Shown piece after piece: positions 59,042 to 64,000 of a stretch of 64,000 bases of DNA. A model generated the notes under the pieces. The model saw only the letters and a list, made by a program, of their open reading frames with translations. It ran no database searches and was not told where the DNA came from. The stretch covers positions 974 through 64,973 of the forward strand of contig CAVQUI010000008.1 of assembly GCA_963716775.1 (NCBI GenBank), in the 5' to 3' direction. How positions within the stretch are numbered: position 1 is the stretch's first letter; the number at the start of each line of letters is the position of its first letter. This DNA is from an uncultured delta proteobacterium. GTDB lineage: Bacteria > Myxococcota_A > Polyangia > Polyangiales > Houyiibacteriaceae. The position numbers were made by a program, and so were the translations under genes.

Positions 59042-60793
59042 ATGGGGGCACCTGCGGTAATTCCATTCCGCACCAAGCTTACGGTCCTCGGCGCACTTCT
59101 TACGATCGTGCCGCTGACGGCTCTGGGTTTCGCATTGATGAGCAAGGCAAGCGAGACCGTGCGCACGATGACACGCGAGTACCAGCTCTCCGTAGCTGGC
59201 GATTTGTCACGCACGATCGAATCAGAGCTCGGAGAAGCCGAGAACGGCCTCGAAGCGGTCGGACGCGTCCTGACGAACATCGATCTGCCGGAATCGGTCG
59301 CGATCCAGCTCGCGATCAACCTCGTCGCCGCCCATGAAGCGATCGATCACGTCGCTGTCTACGCCCGAGATGGCGAGCTGGTAGACGTGATTCGCGAAGC
59401 CGGCGCTCGGGAGATCAAGCCTCCAGAGCAACTCTCCGAGGAAATCCGCGTGGCTGCAAGCTCAGAAAACGTGGTCACCGGTGCTGCTGTCCCGGCTCCG
59501 GAGGGCCCACGAGTCCTGCTCGTGCTGCCCATTCGAAAGGCAGATCTAGTGACCGGCTTCGTCGGCAGCTTGGTTTCGCTCCGGCGCGTTCAGCAACGGG
59601 TCGAGCAGTTGTCGATCGAGCGCTTCGAGGGGCTGCCCGGATCGATCTTCGTCGTCGATGACGACATGCGCATCCTCGCACACTCCCGGATCGAGCAGTC
59701 ACGAGAGCTCGCCTCCGCACGCGGGGCAGGCGCACTCGAAGGCATCGAAACCAGCAAATTCGCCGGCGCAATGGTGAAGTCCGGGGAGTACGTCGAAAGC
59801 GACGGAACGGAGATGGTGGGCACTGTGAGCGGCCTTCAGACTCGCCCCTGGGCCATCGTGACGCAGATTCCGCGGGATTTCGCCTACGCCTCGGTCAACA
59901 CCATGCGACGTGTGGTTTTCGTGGTGAGCCTAATCGCGATCATCATCGCCTTGATGGTGGCGTTCGCGGTCGCGCGTCAGATCACTCGGCCCATCCAGCA
60001 ACTCTCGGTGTTTGCCGACGATCTCGCCAATCGCCGTTTCGACCGTCGGGTCACCGTGAACACCCGCGACGAGCTGGCGGTCCTCGGAGACGTGCTCAGC
60101 TCGGCCGCTGCTGATTTGCAAGCCAGCGAAGTGCGCATTCGCGAAGAAGAGGCAATACGGCGCGACCTCCGACGGTATCTCGACGCCGATCTGGTCGACA
60201 GGGTCGTTCGTCGCGAACAGGACATGGCGCTCGGCGGCGAGCGGCGCGAAATCTCGGTGCTCTTTGCCGATGTGGTCGCTTTCACTCCCATGGCGGACTC
60301 GCTGGCAGCCGAGGACACGGTCCGCCTCCTCAACGAGCTTTTCACGATCCTCACCGAGATCGTGTTTCGCTACGAGGGCACGGTCGACAAGTTCATCGGG
60401 GACTCGGTGATGGCGATATGGGGCGCACCTCAGCTGCAGCCGGACCACGCTGCGCGAGCCATCGCGGCCGCAGAAGACATGATGCGCTGGCTCGAGGCCG
60501 GCAATCAGGGTTGGCGGCAGAAGTTTGGCGTTACCGTCGAGTTGGCGATCGGCATCAACTCCGGACACGCGGTCGTAGGGAACGTGGGCTCCGAAACCCG
60601 CATGCAGTACACGGCCATCGGAGATGTGGTGAACGTCGCTGCGCGGCTCGAATCCATCGCACGGCCGCAACAGATTCTGGTGACACAGGCCACCAAGGGC
60701 TCCGCCGGAGCTGATTTCGAGTACACGTCACTGGGTCCGAGGCAGCTCGAGGGCCGCCGCGACCCGGTCAAGCTCTTCGAGGTGCGGGTATGA
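59042..60793 (+). CDS. Membrane class III adenylate cyclase with Cache-like sensor and HAMP domain
   Basis: Two TMs, HAMP 'ITRPIQQL...DELAVL', 'VLFADVVAFT', 'DKFIGDSVMA', 'YTAIGDVVNVAARLE'. Confidence 0.93.
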   Translation: MGAPAVIPFRTKLTVLGALLTIVPLTALGFALMSKASETVRTMTREYQLSVAGDLSRTIESELGEAENGLEAVGRVLTNIDLPESVAIQLAINLVAAHEAIDHVAVYARDGELVDVIREAGAREIKPPEQLSEEIRVAASSENVVTGAAVPAPEGPRVLLVLPIRKADLVTGFVGSLVSLRRVQQRVEQLSIERFEGLPGSIFVVDDDMRILAHSRIEQSRELASARGAGALEGIETSKFAGAMVKSGEYVESDGTEMVGTVSGLQTRPWAIVTQIPRDFAYASVNTMRRVVFVVSLIAIIIALMVAFAVARQITRPIQQLSVFADDLANRRFDRRVTVNTRDELAVLGDVLSSAAADLQASEVRIREEEAIRRDLRRYLDADLVDRVVRREQDMALGGERREISVLFADVVAFTPMADSLAAEDTVRLLNELFTILTEIVFRYEGTVDKFIGDSVMAIWGAPQLQPDHAARAIAAAEDMMRWLEAGNQGWRQKFGVTVELAIGINSGHAVVGNVGSETRMQYTAIGDVVNVAARLESIARPQQILVTQATKGSAGADFEYTSLGPRQLEGRRDPVKLFEVRV

Positions 60794-60806
60794 ATCGAGG
60801 CGCTCC

Positions 60807-62105
60807 ATGAGCCAAGGGGACCTGGCGCCGGGAACGGTCATCGCCGACCGTTTCGTGGTCGAGCATCAGGTGGGCGCGGGCGGCATGGGAACCGTCTATG
60901 CCGCCAAGCAACTCGGGCTCGAGCGTTCGGTCGCGATCAAAGTTATTTCGCCGGAAGACGCCGCGAAGCCCATGGCGCGGCGGCGTTTCGAACGGGAAGC
61001 GCGCGTGGCGTCTGCGCTCAGGCACCCAAATGCAGTCGAGATCTACGACTTCGGAACGCACGGCGACACGATGTACCTAGCGATGGAGCTTCTCGAGGGC
61101 ACGAGTCTTCGTTCCCTCGTCGACATCGACCTGCCCCCGCTCAGCCCACGCCGTGCATGTCAGATTGCCGCGGACGTGGCTGACGTCCTCGCTTCCGCTG
61201 CTTCCATCGGCCTGATTCACCGCGACCTCAAACCGGAGAACATCATTCTCGACCGCACCCGAGACGGGGAGCGAACCGTGGTGGTCGATTTCGGCCTAGC
61301 GTACATACTCGAAAGCGAGGAATCCGGGCGGCTGACGCGCGCCGGCGAGGGCCTCGGCACACCGGACTACTTGTCCCCGGAACAAGCTCGAGGCCTGAGC
61401 CTCTCTCCGGCCTGCGACATCTACTCGCTCGGCTGCGTGCTCTACGAGATGCTGACAGCGAACCCACCGTTCGATGGCAAGAACGCGGTCATCTTGTCGC
61501 AGCATCTCTTCGTCGCTCCAGTGTCGGTTCGGGAGCGTTTCCCGGAGGTCCAGATCCCCAGCTCCCTCGACGAGATGATCCTTCGGATGCTCGCCAAATC
61601 GCCCGCGGACCGTCCCTCGGCGCAGGCCGTCTTCGAGACCCTGCGCTTGCTCGACCCGAAGGCGCGTCAACGCAAGGGAGAAGCATCGGGAGAACGGCTG
61701 CTCGGCAGGCCGGCGCGCATGGTCTCGGCGCCTCCCTTAGAGCCCGAGGGCGCCACGATGGATGGCGACCTCTGGTTCGGGGCGGACATCAAGATAGCTG
61801 TGTGCGGCCCTGTCGATCAGAACATGGCGCTCGGTCTTGCCGCGAATGGCATCGAAGCAGTGGCGATTGACCCACACAAGGCCGATGTCCCCTTGGGTTT
61901 GTTGGCTGTATTTGCACCCGGCGCGACCGCAACTCAAGTTGCCGCCCTGGCGGACACCGGGCTTCCCGTTGTCAGTGACGCGGCCCCATCAGACATCGAT
62001 CGACTCGCCGAAATGCTCCGCGCAGGGGCCTCGGAAGTCGTCATTCAGCCATGTCCGCCCGAGGAGGTCGCTCGGAAGGTCTGGCGCGCGGTTCGAAAGG
62101 GCTGA
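60807..62105 (+). CDS. Hanks-type Ser/Thr protein kinase with a C-terminal receiver-like domain
   Basis: 'GAGGMGTV', 'VAIK', 'HRDLKPEN', 'DFGLA', 'GTPDYLSPEQ', 'DIYSLG'. Confidence 0.95.
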   Translation: MSQGDLAPGTVIADRFVVEHQVGAGGMGTVYAAKQLGLERSVAIKVISPEDAAKPMARRRFEREARVASALRHPNAVEIYDFGTHGDTMYLAMELLEGTSLRSLVDIDLPPLSPRRACQIAADVADVLASAASIGLIHRDLKPENIILDRTRDGERTVVVDFGLAYILESEESGRLTRAGEGLGTPDYLSPEQARGLSLSPACDIYSLGCVLYEMLTANPPFDGKNAVILSQHLFVAPVSVRERFPEVQIPSSLDEMILRMLAKSPADRPSAQAVFETLRLLDPKARQRKGEASGERLLGRPARMVSAPPLEPEGATMDGDLWFGADIKIAVCGPVDQNMALGLAANGIEAVAIDPHKADVPLGLLAVFAPGATATQVAALADTGLPVVSDAAPSDIDRLAEMLRAGASEVVIQPCPPEEVARKVWRAVRKG

Positions 62106-62114
62106 GAGTGAACC

Positions 62115-64000
62115 TTGACTAGATACATCGCAATCATCGCTGCGCTCTGTGTGTTCACCGGGATTGGGCCGGATGCGGCAGCGCAGGACGCTGGGGCTAG
62201 CGAGACCTACGAGTACGTGATCAAGCCTGGCGATACCTGCGCAGGCATTGCCGAGCGCCTGTTCGGAAACAAGCGCCGCTGGGATCTCATTCACGAGCAC
62301 AACCCGGGCATGGGCCCCACTCCGCACCACTTGATCCCGGGCGAGGTTCTGATCCTGCCGAAGCTCGAGCAGGGCCCCGACGCTCGGCTCACAGACGTGC
62401 AGCGCACCGTGCAGGCACGCGCGCCGAAAGATCCGCAATGGGAGCGCGCGAAACAGGGTAAGGAGCTCTACCGCGGCTGGCGCGTCAATACGCTGGAGCG
62501 GGCATCGGCAGACGTGACGTTTCAGGACGGGTCTTTGGTGCAGATGAGACAGAACACGCTCATCATCATCTACGGAGGCGTGTACCGCGACGCCCGACGC
62601 AAGACGACGGAAGCAAGCCTGGAGCGCGGCACGCTACGAAGCCGCTTGAGCGAGTTCCGTCTGGATGTGAAGACGCCAAGCGCCGAGGCCGGTCTGGACG
62701 GGGGAAGCTCGGTCCTCAGCGTCGACGAACAGGGCACCAGCCTGCTCTCGAACCACGAAGGCGGGGATGCCCACTTCAAGGTGAAGATGGGCGAGGCGGT
62801 GAGCGTGAAGCCCGGATTCGGCTCCAAAGCGAAAAAGGGCACCCGCCGGCCGAGCAAGCCCGCTCCCCTACCCGCCACCCCCAGCTGGAACAGCGACCTC
62901 GACTTGATCTTCTCGGGCATTCGCGCCGAAGGCGGCACCGTTCGCGGCGCCTGGTCTCCGGTTGAAGCCGCGGATTCGTATCGCATCGAGATCGCCAAGG
63001 ATCGCGAGGGTGGCGAAGTCGTCGTGGCGACCAAGGTGCATTCATCGGTCACGAGCTTCGAGATTCACCGATTGCCCGAAGGTGTCTACTTCGCGCGCGT
63101 CTCGACGATCGACAGCGACGGATTCGAGAGCCCTCAATCCGCAGCGCACGCCATGAATGTACACTTGGTGCACCTAGATTTGCCTGGCGAGGAACCGAGC
63201 CCCGGCGCGGCGCCGGGCAACCCCGAGGAGGCGCCCCTGCCCGCCCGCGTCCTTCCTGGGACCAGAGTCGTTTCGCCCAGCGGATTTCTCTGCAGAACCG
63301 TGGGCCACGAAAAGGCCGAGTCGTTCGTGCTGAGGGATGCGGGTGCGTACCAAGTCGATTGCGTGAGTGGCGACGGAACTGCCGCGGTCGAGGTGGCCGT
63401 CGTGGCGACCGCCTTGGAAGTCCTGAAACCAGAGATGAGCGCGCCACTCGTTCGCAACGCCGATCCCAGGCGCATGACCGTGTCCGCGAAAAGCGAGCTA
63501 CCTCTCCCGGAAGGAACTCGGCTTCGAGTTCCCGACGGCATCGTTCTTCATGAGGTTTCCAGTAGCGGCGACACGACCACGCTGGACCTAAGCGCGACGA
63601 GGGAAAGCCCGAACGAGATCGCCTTGGAGCTTGTCTCGGGGCCCGAGGGTGACGAAGCCGTAGTCGCCTCATTGGGATTCGAAGTGATCGACTCGGAGAG
63701 ACTCGACTTCGCGCCGAACGAAGCGCTCGGCCTGATGCTATCGCGAAGCGCCCTGGGACTGACCAACGACCGACGGGAAGGCTCAGGTCCCTTTGCCACG
63801 GTCGCGTACGTCGGTGATCCCAAAGCCAACAATGGCAAGTGGAGACTGAATCTCGGCGGCGAGGTCGCACCGATTCGACGTGTTCGCCTCGGCATCGCGG
63901 CGCCCGTGGACGTTCACCGAAGCGGGACCGCGCCGCCTAGCGATGACGCCATCCGGCTCTGGGGCGGGTACCGCATCCTCATGCGACGCGATGTATCACT
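62115..64000 (+). CDS. Secreted LysM + FecR + FN3-like multidomain protein, truncated by the window end (absent from the ORF track)
   Basis: Translated by hand from TTG 62115: signal peptide, LysM 'YVIKPGDTCAGIAERLFG...HN', FecR-like 'VNTLERASADVTFQDGSLVQMRQNT', FN3-like 'WSPVEAADSYRIEIA...LPEGVYFARVSTID..G.ES'. Confidence 0.85.
   Translation, partial: MTRYIAIIAALCVFTGIGPDAAAQDAGASETYEYVIKPGDTCAGIAERLFGNKRRWDLIHEHNPGMGPTPHHLIPGEVLILPKLEQGPDARLTDVQRTVQARAPKDPQWERAKQGKELYRGWRVNTLERASADVTFQDGSLVQMRQNTLIIIYGGVYRDARRKTTEASLERGTLRSRLSEFRLDVKTPSAEAGLDGGSSVLSVDEQGTSLLSNHEGGDAHFKVKMGEAVSVKPGFGSKAKKGTRRPSKPAPLPATPSWNSDLDLIFSGIRAEGGTVRGAWSPVEAADSYRIEIAKDREGGEVVVATKVHSSVTSFEIHRLPEGVYFARVSTIDSDGFESPQSAAHAMNVHLVHLDLPGEEPSPGAAPGNPEEAPLPARVLPGTRVVSPSGFLCRTVGHEKAESFVLRDAGAYQVDCVSGDGTAAVEVAVVATALEVLKPEMSAPLVRNADPRRMTVSAKSELPLPEGTRLRVPDGIVLHEVSSSGDTTTLDLSATRESPNEIALELVSGPEGDEAVVASLGFEVIDSERLDFAPNEALGLMLSRSALGLTNDRREGSGPFATVAYVGDPKANNGKWRLNLGGEVAPIRRVRLGIAAPVDVHRSGTAPPSDDAIRLWGGYRILMRRDVS

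Overview
Gene-dense, GC-rich (about 60-65% by eye) bacterial chromosome segment. It is probably from a myxobacterium (Myxococcota), inferred from the Ser/Thr kinase, AgmX-type lipoprotein, class II photolyase and Cys-rich lipoproteins. About 20 genes are split by single-base indels, which looks like an unpolished long-read assembly. Main contents: (i) lipid/membrane accessory genes and an internally deleted SulP; (ii) an ABC-HlyD-TolC export operon whose ABC subunit has lost all ATPase motifs, divergent from a small winged-helix regulator; (iii) a light-stress/carotenoid cluster: crtL-crtE-crtI-crtB divergent from an actinobacterial-type crtU (aromatic carotenoid synthase) across a CarA/CarH-type operator, converging on a crtD-like desaturase/class II photolyase/SAM-methyltransferase operon; (iv) an uncharacterised operon of aldehyde dehydrogenase, stand-alone E2-type acyltransferase and His-lined beta-propeller; (v) a eukaryote-type (GT3) glycogen synthase, an arylsulfatase and a damaged pentameric ligand-gated ion channel; (vi) 2-oxoacid:ferredoxin oxidoreductase genes followed by a V/A-type ATPase operon in the unusual order B-D-I-K-E-C-A with a Na+-binding rotor signature; (vii) a GTPase/DUF2868 pair, a transporter, and an adenylate cyclase/Ser-Thr kinase/LysM-FecR signalling cassette that runs off the end. 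I recognised no rRNA, tRNA, CRISPR array or transposase. All family calls come from motif recognition by eye, not database searches.
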